From Candidatus Woesebacteria bacterium (GTDB lineage Bacteria > Patescibacteriota > Microgenomatia > UBA1400 > UBA1396), in assembly GCA_021208605.1 (NCBI GenBank), contig JAJOJK010000001.1:5257-69256 (forward strand): a stretch of DNA of 64,000 bases. Reading direction: 5' to 3'. Each line of letters opens with the position of its first letter. The first letter of the stretch is position 1. The position numbers were made by a program, and so were the translations under genes. Positions 9,014 to 18,280 of this stretch are shown here, piece after piece. A model generated the notes under the pieces. That model ran no database searches. It saw only the letters and a list, made by a program, of their open reading frames with translations, and was not told where the DNA came from.

Positions 9014-10411
9014 GTGATTACCGTACACAGTGGAGTGCTTCATAATGGCGTCGTTGAATTAGTACAAGTTCAAGTGGTGGTGTACAAGCGCTCTTTTCCC
9101 CAATTGATTATTACTGGTTTGCCAGCGACCGAGGTACGTGAAAGCCGTGATCGCATTTTGACCGTTTTTCGAGAAATGGGTATTCGTTTACCGCGTGGTC
9201 GCTACGTGGTGCACTTACAGCCCGCCGGTACGAAAAAAAATGGCACGACGCTCGATGCCGCTATTTGGTTGGGTGTTCACTTGGCCCTTTCAGAGAAAGA
9301 ACCACCTCAATCCGTTTTTGCCATTGGGGAACTTGGGCTTGATGGTTCTCTCTTTGCCCCTCGAGGTGCGTTGGCTATTGTCGATCGTGCATTGCAGGAG
9401 CTTTCCGCAGATACGCAGTATATTGTGCCGGCGGATCTGCGAAAAGAACCGTATACGTGGAAAAACACAGCCTTGTCATCAGTCAAATTTGTATCATCAC
9501 TGACTCAGTATCTGGGTGGAAAGTCTGAGAAACCAGAAAAGACTTCAGTTTTTTCTCCACAATCATCCCCAGTGCCTTTGGCCGTATCTGCAGAGATGTT
9601 GCGATTGTTTCAACTTATTTGTGCCGGCGGACACTCAGCGTTGCTGTTTGGTTCGCCAGGAGAAGGTAAGACTCATTCACAGTTGTTATTACAGCATCTG
9701 GTAGTGCAAGATGGGAACAGTCAGGCAGCAACCCACATGCAGTACGAATATGGTGCAGCAAACTCGGATTTGGTCTTATTCCTTTCTCATACCGAAACAT
9801 TTGCCCAACTCAAACGTTGGAGCGCTTTTGTCGCGGAGCGATTTTGTTTTATTGATGAGTTGCCGCTGTGGGAGAAAAGGAAACGGGAGCTTTTGCACGG
9901 CTGGATGGAGATCGGTGAGACTCCCGATATGAGTCGGACCACTGTGGTGGCGACGGCGAATCCGTGCCCCTGTGGCTGGTTTGGTGACGCCCGGTGTACC
10001 TGCACAGAATACGAGCTTGGGCAGTATCAAAAGCGTCTCAGCGGTCCATTGTTGGATCGGTTTTGTTTTCACCATCGGGTAGTAAACATGGTTCCAAAAG
10101 TATTGACTGCTCCTGAGCTCCGGGTGGTACAAAAAACAATACTCCTGGCTCGAAAAAAACAAGAGCAGCGCCATGAACATCGAGGGTGGTCCAAATGGGC
10201 ACAGCAGTACGCCTGGACAGATATGCAGGCCGCGGTGAAAATACCGGATGAGTTACAGATGGCTGTTCAGACGTGGACTTTACGTCGGCAGACACATTGG
10301 TTGCAGTGTGCCTTTACACTCTGCGATCTCGGCGGAGATCACGAAGTACCGACACCTGAACATCTCTGGGAGGCACGCCAGCTTGTTGAGCCACAATTTG
10401 GAATGGGATAG
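9014..10411 (+). CDS. comM: ComM/YifB Mg-chelatase-like AAA+ protein (divergent, shortened)
   Basis: 'GLP..EVRESRDR', 'GELGLDG', Walker A 'GSPGEGKT', 'ANPCPCG', 'LSGPLLDRF'. Confidence 0.8.
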   Translation: MITVHSGVLHNGVVELVQVQVVVYKRSFPQLIITGLPATEVRESRDRILTVFREMGIRLPRGRYVVHLQPAGTKKNGTTLDAAIWLGVHLALSEKEPPQSVFAIGELGLDGSLFAPRGALAIVDRALQELSADTQYIVPADLRKEPYTWKNTALSSVKFVSSLTQYLGGKSEKPEKTSVFSPQSSPVPLAVSAEMLRLFQLICAGGHSALLFGSPGEGKTHSQLLLQHLVVQDGNSQAATHMQYEYGAANSDLVLFLSHTETFAQLKRWSAFVAERFCFIDELPLWEKRKRELLHGWMEIGETPDMSRTTVVATANPCPCGWFGDARCTCTEYELGQYQKRLSGPLLDRFCFHHRVVNMVPKVLTAPELRVVQKTILLARKKQEQRHEHRGWSKWAQQYAWTDMQAAVKIPDELQMAVQTWTLRRQTHWLQCAFTLCDLGGDHEVPTPEHLWEARQLVEPQFGMG

Positions 10412-11593
10412 TTATTGACTAGCAGCAGTAAGTGTGCCGGTGAGGGTGAGTTCTTCACCGTCACGCCAAATGCGGAGAGAAATGGCATCACCAATACTCT
10501 TTTGGTTGACGATGCCGGCCAGTCCACCTTGAATTTCGGCGATGCGTTGGCTGTCAACAGTGATGAGAATGTCGCCTGTTTGGAGACCAGCTGAATCAGC
10601 GGTGGTTCCGGGAAGCACATCAGTAATATAGGCACCTTCAGGAACGTCGTTGAGCAGGGCGGTTTCTTGGGGGATGAGTTTATAGCGTACACCCAAAAGT
10701 GCGCGATTAAACTCGCCTGTAGACTCAAAATTATCAAGCGATTCTTTAATCACGTTGATCGGAATGGCAAAACCAATATTCTCTGCTTCTGCCATAGCGA
10801 CATTTACTCCGATCACTTCTCCGCGTGAATTCAAGAGTGGGCCACCAGAGTTGCCGGGGTTAATGGCGGCGTCCGTTTGGATGAGGTTATCAATGCGTTC
10901 CGTCGAAAAGCCTGTGGAGGCCTCAATGCCGCGACCGAGTCCGGAAACGATACCGGTCGTGACGGTTTGGCGGAACTCACCGAGAGCGGTGCCAATGGCA
11001 ATGACTGTTTGGCCAATTTTGATCTCTTCACTATTTGCCAAGGGAAGCGCCGGGAGATCGGCAGTGGTTTCGAGAATGGCTAAGTCATTGATGGGATCGC
11101 GGTAGATGCGTTGTACTTCGTACTCATTTCCCTCGTTGTCGATCAAGGTGTACTCCGCTTCTGTATCACTCACAACGTGGCGATTGGTGACTACAAAACC
11201 GCGGCTTTTATCGACAATGAAGCCGGTACCAATATCCTGTTGGATAAGTTGCGATTCACCAGGTTGTTCTAACTGGAACAGTCCAAAGGGTCCAAACTGA
11301 ATGGAGTTTGGACGTTGCACATTCTTCTTAATAGCGACGGTGACAACCGATGGTTGGGCATTTTCAGCCACTTGGATAATAACGTTCTCGCCATCGGTAA
11401 CCGTACTGGGCACGGCAATTCGCGGGCGCTCCTCGGAGGTACCATCAAGGAGTGCTGTACCACGTGGGAGCACGGCGTCCAGAGGGCGAATCACAAACAG
11501 ACGGTCAGCCAAGGCGCCGCCAACGGCGGAAAATAACACCAATCCACTGACCACTAAACCAAGGAGAAAACCGGACCAACCCTGTACCTTCAT
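10412..11593 (-). CDS. htrA: HtrA/DegP-family serine protease with PDZ
   Basis: 'TNRHVV', 'DLAIL', 'IQTDAAINPGNSGGPL'; C-terminal PDZ. Confidence 0.95.
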   Translation of the reverse strand: MKVQGWSGFLLGLVVSGLVLFSAVGGALADRLFVIRPLDAVLPRGTALLDGTSEERPRIAVPSTVTDGENVIIQVAENAQPSVVTVAIKKNVQRPNSIQFGPFGLFQLEQPGESQLIQQDIGTGFIVDKSRGFVVTNRHVVSDTEAEYTLIDNEGNEYEVQRIYRDPINDLAILETTADLPALPLANSEEIKIGQTVIAIGTALGEFRQTVTTGIVSGLGRGIEASTGFSTERIDNLIQTDAAINPGNSGGPLLNSRGEVIGVNVAMAEAENIGFAIPINVIKESLDNFESTGEFNRALLGVRYKLIPQETALLNDVPEGAYITDVLPGTTADSAGLQTGDILITVDSQRIAEIQGGLAGIVNQKSIGDAISLRIWRDGEELTLTGTLTAASQ

Positions 11594-11605
11594 AGGAGTT
11601 TCATT

Positions 11606-12853
11606 TTAGAAGCTCTCGTAGGCGCGTTCAAGTACCTCATCTTGCTCGGTGTCTGGATTGTCCGTAACTTCGACATCCACCGGCAAACCGCTATCTTGAA
11701 TTGAGTTTCCTGATGGCAAGAGCCAGCGAGCGATGGTAATGTTCAAACCTGCGCCGCCTGGCAGTTGTTGGGCATCTTGCACCGTGCCTTTGCCGAAGGT
11801 TTGTTCGCCCACTAAGACAGCACTGCGACGGTCGCGGAGCGCGCCAGCCACAATTTCCGAAGCAGAAGCGCTTCCCTTGTTCACTAACACTACTACTGGC
11901 AGCGAATCCAAACGAGCGGAACGAGTGGTGCGGTAGGATTGCGTCGAGTTCCGACCCTGTTGGGAAACTACGACTCCTCCATTAAAGAAATCACTGGAGA
12001 TCTCAATCGCGTCTTGCAGGTAGCCACCAGGGTTGCCACGCATGTCGAGGATGATGCCATCAACATCATTGCGTTGTTGGATCTGTTGGACAGCCGCCTC
12101 CCATTCTTGCAGCGTTTTGTCTCCAAAGCGGGAGAGTTCTAGATAAGCGTACTGATTATCGTTGTTTTCGACGAAGCTGATTTCGAGGGATGGAATTTCA
12201 ATGGTGTCGCGTACGAGTTCAACGTCGCGTGGATCTTCACCAGGAGAAAGCATGGTGAGTGTGACGGTGGTATTTTTTTTACCACGAATCAAGCTGACAG
12301 CTTCCTCAGCAGTCATATTGATGGTATCGGTGTCAACGTTTTTTGTCGGGTCTTTAATGCCGAGGATATAGTCACCAGCTTTGACGCCCGCGGCTTCCGC
12401 TGGATGTCCTTTTAAAGGAGCGATCACAGCGAGCTGGCCATCAATATATCCGAGCTGAATACCAACGCCGTTAAACTCCCCTTGTAGGTCTTCGTTGAGG
12501 CGCTGTTTCGTTTCTGGCGGCAAGAATGCGGTGTAGGGATCGCCGATGGCTTCCGTCATGCCAGCAATGGCTCCATACACCATTTGTTGGGCGTCCATCT
12601 TGCCGGGATCAAGGTAGTCGCGCTCTAGACGGGCCCAGACTTCCCAGAATAAAGAAAAATCAACGTCAGTGTGTTCGGCCGGTACATTCGTGTTTTGCAC
12701 GCGTGCGAGCTCAGAATAGGAAATATTCGTGGACAGACCAATGAGTTGTCGGAATGTAAGACCACTGGCAACTCGGATACCAATAACTACTCCTAAAATG
12801 ATAACTAAGACGTGTGTGAGGGCGAAAAACCACAATCTATTTGGACGTTTCAT
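11606..12853 (-). CDS. ctpA: Carboxy-terminal processing protease (S41)
   Basis: 'DMRGNPGG', 'SASASEIVAGAL', 'TFGKGTVQ'. Confidence 0.95.
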   Translation of the reverse strand: MKRPNRLWFFALTHVLVIILGVVIGIRVASGLTFRQLIGLSTNISYSELARVQNTNVPAEHTDVDFSLFWEVWARLERDYLDPGKMDAQQMVYGAIAGMTEAIGDPYTAFLPPETKQRLNEDLQGEFNGVGIQLGYIDGQLAVIAPLKGHPAEAAGVKAGDYILGIKDPTKNVDTDTINMTAEEAVSLIRGKKNTTVTLTMLSPGEDPRDVELVRDTIEIPSLEISFVENNDNQYAYLELSRFGDKTLQEWEAAVQQIQQRNDVDGIILDMRGNPGGYLQDAIEISSDFFNGGVVVSQQGRNSTQSYRTTRSARLDSLPVVVLVNKGSASASEIVAGALRDRRSAVLVGEQTFGKGTVQDAQQLPGGAGLNITIARWLLPSGNSIQDSGLPVDVEVTDNPDTEQDEVLERAYESF

Positions 12854-12897
12854 AAACAGAAGTGTAACTATATCAGGTTTTCCTCCGGGAAGCAATG

Positions 12898-12921
12898 AAA
12901 AGGGCGCTTTCCAGCGCCCTC
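12898..12921 (-). terminator. Intrinsic terminator of rpsF-ssb-rpsR
   Basis: AGGGCGC-TGGAAA-GCGCCCT followed by TTT on the minus strand. Confidence 0.6.
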
Positions 12922-12944
12922 CTCATTACAATTTCAATAGTTTC

Positions 12945-13145
12945 TTAGACCATCTGCGTGGCAAATGGTAAGAGTGCCAAATGGCGGGCGCGCTTGATTT
13001 CGCGGGCCAAACGGCGTTGTTGCTTGGCGTCCAAGCCAGTTTTCTCGCGAGGGAGAATACTGCCAGCCGGGGTCAAGAATTGACGCAACAATTTAGTGTT
13101 TTTGTAGTGAATGTCCTCAAGTTGGACGTTTTTTACTCTTGGCAT
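12945..13145 (-). CDS. rpsR: 30S ribosomal protein S18
   Basis: 'IHYKN..LLRQFLT..G.ILPR.KTG...[18 protein letters not shown]'. Confidence 0.97.
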   Translation of the reverse strand: MPRVKNVQLEDIHYKNTKLLRQFLTPAGSILPREKTGLDAKQQRRLAREIKRARHLALLPFATQMV

Positions 13146-13173
13146 AATTACTTTCTAGAGTCTTTTGTGCGAA

Positions 13174-13644
13174 TTAGAACGGAATGTCATCAGCGAGGTC
13201 ATCGAGGTCAGCGACATTGTCGTCGACTTGGAGATCGTCACTTTTGTCATTCGCGTTGGAGTTGGAAGATGACGAACCACTGTAGGAAGAGCCACCGTCG
13301 CCGTCACCAGGACCGTCCAGGGCGATGACTTGGTCAGCGACTACTTCGGTGGTGTAGCGCTTTTCGCCTTCTTTGGTTTCCCAGGATCGAGTTTGGAGTC
13401 GACCTTCTACATACACTTTGCGGCCCTTAGAGAGGATTTGACCGACGATTTCCGCCAGTTTTCCCCAGGCCACACAGCGTGTGAATTCTGCATCTTCTTG
13501 GGTTTGCCCGTTCGCATCGCTCCAGGTACGGTTGGTAGCAACAGTAAAGTTAGCTACGGCTGTGTTTTTTGGCGTAAAACGCACTTCTGGATCGCGAACA
13601 ATGTTTCCGATGAGTTGGACCTTGTTGAGGGAACGGGTCGCCAT
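13174..13644 (-). CDS. ssb: Single-stranded DNA-binding protein
   Basis: 'LNKVQLIGN..RDPE', 'VEGRLQTRSW', C-terminal 'DDIPF'. Confidence 0.97.
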   Translation of the reverse strand: MATRSLNKVQLIGNIVRDPEVRFTPKNTAVANFTVATNRTWSDANGQTQEDAEFTRCVAWGKLAEIVGQILSKGRKVYVEGRLQTRSWETKEGEKRYTTEVVADQVIALDGPGDGDGGSSYSGSSSSNSNANDKSDDLQVDDNVADLDDLADDIPF

Positions 13645-13659
13645 GAAAGATTCCTTTCT

Positions 13660-13950
13660 TTATTCTTCCTTAATTGTAATGAGGTGACGAAGAACCCCTT
13701 CGGTGAGTTTGACAGCCTGGTCAAACGTAAAAACGTTCTGTGCGGTCATTTCAATGTCGTAGAAAGCGTAAAAGCCTTCTTTGTGACCACGCAATTTGTA
13801 GGCTGTAGGTTTTCGACCCCAAATGTCTTCGTTGATAACTTTACCCTCATTCTTTTCGATGAGAGTTTCAATGCTGCGACGGAGGCGTTCAAGCTCGGCA
13901 TCCGAGAGCTCCGGGTTCAGCACGACGGCAAATTCATAAGCACGCGTCAT
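13660..13950 (-). CDS. rpsF: 30S ribosomal protein S6
   Basis: 'RAYE...LNPEL', 'WGRK..AY', 'VLRHLI'; first gene of rpsF-ssb-rpsR. Confidence 0.95.
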   Translation of the reverse strand: MTRAYEFAVVLNPELSDAELERLRRSIETLIEKNEGKVINEDIWGRKPTAYKLRGHKEGFYAFYDIEMTAQNVFTFDQAVKLTEGVLRHLITIKEE

Positions 13951-13969
13951 ATGCTCCTTTCTTGTTTTT

Positions 13970-14012
13970 GTCTCGCCACGCTTTGGGTCAGGAGATCGCT
14001 CCTGAGCGAGAC
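13970..14012 (-). promoter_or_regulatory. Putative S6:S18 ribosomal protein leader RNA
   Basis: GTCTCGC-[TCAGGAG-CGAT-CTCCTGA]-CCCAAAGCGTG-GCGAGAC: nested stems with an unpaired CCC, just upstream of the rpsF RBS (AAGGAG). Confidence 0.65.
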
Positions 14013-14084
14013 CAACTGGTAGTATACCATGATTTGCATGTCTAGGCAGTAGTATGACGGGAAAATGAACAGAAAATGAACAGA

Positions 14085-14711
14085 TTATTGTTCGGAAGGG
14101 TTATTCTCCAGACGTTGTAGCTTAGAAGAGCTGTAGTATATTTGGCTGAGTAAACGACACACGTCTTCACTATATTCAGGAAATTTGTGTCGGAGAACTG
14201 CGTGAGCAAGAAGCATATACTCAGCCCCTTGAAAAATTGGGGGCAGAGGCTGATTTTCATTCAAAACTTTAATCTTCCTAATAATATTTTCTACTCGTTC
14301 CTCTAGGGTGCTATACCCTTCTTCCCCAAGTAATGTTAAGAGTTCCATCTTTGCAGATGCATTTATAACAAGTGCCTCCGCTTTTTCTGGATTCTCCTGG
14401 AACTCAGATGAAAGTGCGTCACTGGAGATTTCGTAGAGTATTGCTGGATGCTTTCCCGCCTTAATTTTGTCTTCGAGTTGGGGATCTTTTTCAAACGCAT
14501 CAATGATTTTTTTAATGTGTGAGGGTATTTTATCATTATTCTTTAGAGTACTCATCTCTTCTGGAGTGTGGGTTTTGAGTATATCGATCAAGGAGAGAAC
14601 AAACCCTTTTTTTGATTCAGATATTGCTTCGATTCGAATTATCTCCGCATGAACTTGTGCGTCATCTATTCCCGCTTGTGGTGTTTTGATTTCTTCTTGC
14701 ATACAAGTCAA
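14085..14711 (-). CDS. Hypothetical AT-rich helical protein
   Basis: 208-aa ORF filling an AT-rich gap; no recognisable motif. Confidence 0.55.
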   Translation of the reverse strand: MTCMQEEIKTPQAGIDDAQVHAEIIRIEAISESKKGFVLSLIDILKTHTPEEMSTLKNNDKIPSHIKKIIDAFEKDPQLEDKIKAGKHPAILYEISSDALSSEFQENPEKAEALVINASAKMELLTLLGEEGYSTLEERVENIIRKIKVLNENQPLPPIFQGAEYMLLAHAVLRHKFPEYSEDVCRLLSQIYYSSSKLQRLENNPSEQ

Positions 14712-14729
14712 CTTTACTAGAATTTTGAG

Positions 14730-15816
14730 CTATTTTCCAATCATAAACTCCACCACATCATCTGGTTTCATGACGTAGTCTTTGCCCTCTTGGCGAATTT
14801 TGCCAAGTTCGGCAGCGGCTTTCCAGCCACCAACTTCTACAAAGTCGGTAAAAGAACAGACGCGGGCTTTAATAAAGTTTTTGGTGAAATCAGTATGAAT
14901 GACGCCAGCGGCCTGTGGCGCGGTCATGCCCTGGGAAATAGTCCAGGCGCGGACTTCTTTTTCGCCGGCGGTGTAGAAACTCTGCATGCCCAGTGTGGCA
15001 TAGGCTTTTTGGATGAGGCGTTCGAGTCCGGATTGTGCAATACCGAGTTCAGTGAGGTACTCCGACTTCTCTTCCGCGCTGAGGGAAACCAATTCTTCTT
15101 CTAACTTGGCCGAGATCACCACAATGTTGTCGGGTGAAATCCCGAGAATATCGCTGTATTCACCGATGATGGCGTCGGCATTGACCAAGTCAGTTTCGGC
15201 CACGTTGAGAGCGACCATCTCTGCTTTGGCAGTCAGCAAAGCCAGTTCTTTTGCCAAAATAAGCTGGTCTTCATTGAGCTCCAGGGAGCGAATATTTTTA
15301 CCGTCATCAAGTGTGCTGCGCCATTCTTGGATGGTGTTCCAGCGGGCCATGTTATCGGTGGTGGCTTGGTTGCCTTTCGGTTCGCGTTGCTTCTCGAGTG
15401 TCGAGAGGTCGGCCAGTTGCAGTTCGGTGGCAATGGTTTGGTAATCAGACTGGGGATCGACGCTACCCTCTTTAATGATGTTGCTGTCCGCAAATGCGCG
15501 CACCACGTGCAAAATGAAAGATGTCTCGCGAATATTGGCTAAAAATTTGTTACCCAGTCCCGCGCCTTCGGCGGCACCAGCGACTAAACCAGCGATGTCC
15601 ACAAACTCCACGGTGGCGGGCACAATTTTCTCAGTTTTGACAATCTCAGCCAACTGCGGCAGTTTTTTTGTCCGGCACGGGCACGATACCGACATTCGGC
15701 TCAATGGTGGCAAACGGATAGTTGGCCGCTAAGGCCTGCTGTTTTTCGAGTAAGGCATTAAATAAAGTTGATTTCCCCACATTGGGGAGACCGACGATTC
15801 CGACAGAAAGTGACAT
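14730..15816 (-). CDS. ychF: Redox-regulated ATPase YchF (frameshifted at the homopolymer 15663-15669)
   Basis: N-terminus '[22 protein letters not shown]...[11 protein letters not shown]' in one frame; 'FVDIAGLV...GLGNKFL', '[12 protein letters not shown]' in the next; removing one A restores the frame. Confidence 0.93.
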
Positions 15817-15846
15817 GAGTGGTATTGTACCAGAGTAATAATAAGA

Positions 15847-16383
15847 TTATTTCATGGTTTGACGAGAGACTACCTCATACTCCAACACCAGCGTCTGCGA
15901 AGAAAGCGAATGCGTCTGCACGAGCTTCAGCGGCAGCTTCCCGAGATCCTCACTAAAGAGCGGAATACCCGTTCCAAAAACAAGAGGTTCTACAGTGAGG
16001 TAGAGTTTGTCGACCAAGCCAGCTTGCAAGAACAGGCTGTAAATGCTCGAACCGCCACAGAGGGCAACAGAAGAATAGCCTTTCGCTTTGAGTTGCTCAA
16101 GTAATTCGGCTGGAGGCACATTGGTGGCTTCGAACTGCACTGTGGGCGTGGTTGGTGCTGCAAATTTTTCGGGCTGCGAAGTGTAGATATACCAGTGGGA
16201 GTTTTTTGGATAGCGGTGAAAGGTATTGAAAGTTTGGCGGCCAATGATAATGGCATCGGATTGCTTGAGGTGACTCACGTAGAATTTTTTGTCTTCGGCG
16301 CTGGTCCAGTCAAAGGAGCGATCATCTTTGTCTTTGCCGATGAATCCGTCGGCGGTAATGGCGGCGAGAAGAGCAATCTGCAT
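15847..16383 (-). CDS. folA: Dihydrofolate reductase (RibD_C-like)
   Basis: 'AAITADGFIG', 'IIIGRQTF', 'CGGSSIY', 'DKLYLTVEP..FGTG'; next to thyA. Confidence 0.8.
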   Translation of the reverse strand: MQIALLAAITADGFIGKDKDDRSFDWTSAEDKKFYVSHLKQSDAIIIGRQTFNTFHRYPKNSHWYIYTSQPEKFAAPTTPTVQFEATNVPPAELLEQLKAKGYSSVALCGGSSIYSLFLQAGLVDKLYLTVEPLVFGTGIPLFSEDLGKLPLKLVQTHSLSSQTLVLEYEVVSRQTMK

Positions 16384-16388
16384 GAGAA

Positions 16389-16400
16389 TATGCTAGCATA
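16389..16400. promoter_or_regulatory. Palindromic bidirectional -10 element
   Basis: TATGCTAGCATA gives TG-C-TAGCAT on both strands, 6-7 nt before each divergent ATG. Confidence 0.5.
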
Positions 16401-16406
16401 GCCTCT

Positions 16407-16955
16407 ATGAAAACGAGCAGTAAAATTATTTCTAGTTACGCTGCCCTGCCCGATCTTATTCATCAGTATCGCCAAGCGAAGAAAAAAATTGTGCTGACTC
16501 AAGGTTCTTGGGACATGTTGCACGTTGGTCATGCTCGATATTTAGAAAAAGCCAAAAGTTTCGGCGATATTCTTATTGTGGGTGTCGATAGCGATAAGAA
16601 AATTCGCCACCGCAAAGGATTAGGCCGGCCCGTGGTCCCAGAAGATGAGCGCCTTGAAATGCTAACGCACTTGGGTGCGGTGGATCACGTGATTCTCAAA
16701 GAACTCGATACACCCAAGTGGGAACTTATCAAGTTGGTGCAGCCGGATATTTTGGTCGCCATTCGAGAAAATTACGACGAAGAAAAAGTCGCAGCGCTAC
16801 AAGAACACTGTGGAAAAGTTATTATTTCCCCGCGCATGGCGACAACATCGACCAGTGCCAAACTGAGAAGTGTGCAGATCGGCGAAGCAAAAAAAATAGA
16901 AACGAAACTTACCAAAGCCATTCAAGAAGTCTTGAAGGAATTTTCTCCCCAATGA
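16407..16955 (+). CDS. Cytidylyl/adenylyltransferase (CTP_transf_like, RfaE/TagD-like)
   Basis: 'GSWDMLHVGH' HIGH motif, 'VGVDSD', 'RPVVPEDER', 'TSTS'. Confidence 0.9.
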   Translation: MKTSSKIISSYAALPDLIHQYRQAKKKIVLTQGSWDMLHVGHARYLEKAKSFGDILIVGVDSDKKIRHRKGLGRPVVPEDERLEMLTHLGAVDHVILKELDTPKWELIKLVQPDILVAIRENYDEEKVAALQEHCGKVIISPRMATTSTSAKLRSVQIGEAKKIETKLTKAIQEVLKEFSPQ

Positions 16956-17791
16956 AGTCGGTGCTCCTCATCTACACTCCCGTGCTGCACGCCGGGTACC
17001 AACAATTTTTAGAGACGCATGCCGACGTCGATGCGGCCTATATTTTAGGTCCAGAGCTTATTGCGGAGTTCGATCATCTCCGTCGCAAAGACATTCGCGC
17101 CCTGGCACCGGAGCTTGTGCAGCAAGCGCTGCAAAGTTGGCAACTTCCGTATTCGGTACACATTGCAGATATGGAAACTCTGCTTTCCCTCAATACTTCA
17201 GATACCAAAGTGATTTTTCCTGATGAAGACGAGCTGCGCACGATAGCTGAAAAATACCTTGGCCATGCCAAGAAAGAACCAGTGTCGGTATTTTTGCGTT
17301 ACGATCGGAGTCAGTCGGTCGCTAAGAAACATGTGTTGGCCGATACAACTGTTACCAAAGACGCGTTCGCGCAAGAGATCATGTATCAGGCGTTTGAACT
17401 GGCAGAAAACAGTTCCGATTGGTGGCGCCAAGTGGGCGCGGTGGTGGTGAAGGATGGCCAGCTACTGATGTCTGGCTGGAATCATCATGTGCCAGACGAA
17501 AGAATGCCCTATGTGAATGGAGATCCACGAGGCAACTTCCATAAGAATGACCATATTGAGGCATCGACCGCACTGCATGCGGAAGCAGGCTTGATTGCGC
17601 AGGCGGCGCAAGCAGGTACTTCGCTTGCTGGAACAGACATGTATGTCACGACGTTTCCTTGTCCGAACTGTGCCAAACTCATTGCCTACTCAGGAGTGAA
17701 AAAACTCTACTTTGCGGAAGGCTATTCTTCGGTTGATGGTGAAAGTGTGTTGCGCAGCCAGAGCGTGGAAATTGTGCGCGTAACGGACTGA
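16952..17791 (+). CDS. dCMP deaminase with N-terminal extra domain
   Basis: 'RQVGAVVV', 'HAE', 'TTFPCPNCAK'; ATGA overlap with the upstream gene. Confidence 0.9.
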   Translation: MKSVLLIYTPVLHAGYQQFLETHADVDAAYILGPELIAEFDHLRRKDIRALAPELVQQALQSWQLPYSVHIADMETLLSLNTSDTKVIFPDEDELRTIAEKYLGHAKKEPVSVFLRYDRSQSVAKKHVLADTTVTKDAFAQEIMYQAFELAENSSDWWRQVGAVVVKDGQLLMSGWNHHVPDERMPYVNGDPRGNFHKNDHIEASTALHAEAGLIAQAAQAGTSLAGTDMYVTTFPCPNCAKLIAYSGVKKLYFAEGYSSVDGESVLRSQSVEIVRVTD

Positions 17792-18271
17792 CTACTGTAA
17801 TTTTTCGGGTGATTTTCCCAGTTTTATCCGCACTGGCTGGTAGTTTTCGGCCGTAATATCTGGAACAATAAACTGCACATGAATATGGTTGATGGTGCCG
17901 GCTGAGTAGCGCGTGTCGCCAAAGCGCATGGCCCAGCCGCCACCGGGAACGTTGTAGGTTTTCTCTACCCACTGTACCAGTTCAAAGAGCTCTGTGCCGG
18001 CTTCGGTGGCGAGCTCATTCAGATTCGTAGCGTGGTCTTTGTAGATAATAAGAAGATGGTGTTGTGTGTGGTCATAGGGCCACTGATTGGTAGTTAGCAA
18101 CCAGTGCTCGGTTTTTCGCAAGATGGGTTGTTTGTGGTACTTTTCTAGGTTTTCGGCGCAAAAAGGACAGTGTGCATTGCCAGCAATTTCCTGCATGACT
18201 TGGATCTGGTCCTCTTTGCGGGCATTATCGATATCGATAAATTGTGTGGAATCGGTCTGCGGTTTCGTCAT
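17792..18271 (-). CDS. HIT-superfamily protein (HxHxQ, GalT/Ap4A phosphorylase branch)
   Basis: 'CPFC', 'NQWPY...HLLII', 'NHIHVQ'. Confidence 0.8.
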   Translation of the reverse strand: MTKPQTDSTQFIDIDNARKEDQIQVMQEIAGNAHCPFCAENLEKYHKQPILRKTEHWLLTTNQWPYDHTQHHLLIIYKDHATNLNELATEAGTELFELVQWVEKTYNVPGGGWAMRFGDTRYSAGTINHIHVQFIVPDITAENYQPVRIKLGKSPEKLQ

Positions 18272-18280
18272 ACATACTCC

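Noticed and set aside
15663-15669. Programmed frameshift in ychF
   Set aside because: It would need a +1 shift with no stimulatory signal evident; the same extra-A pattern recurs in unrelated genes, pointing to sequencing error
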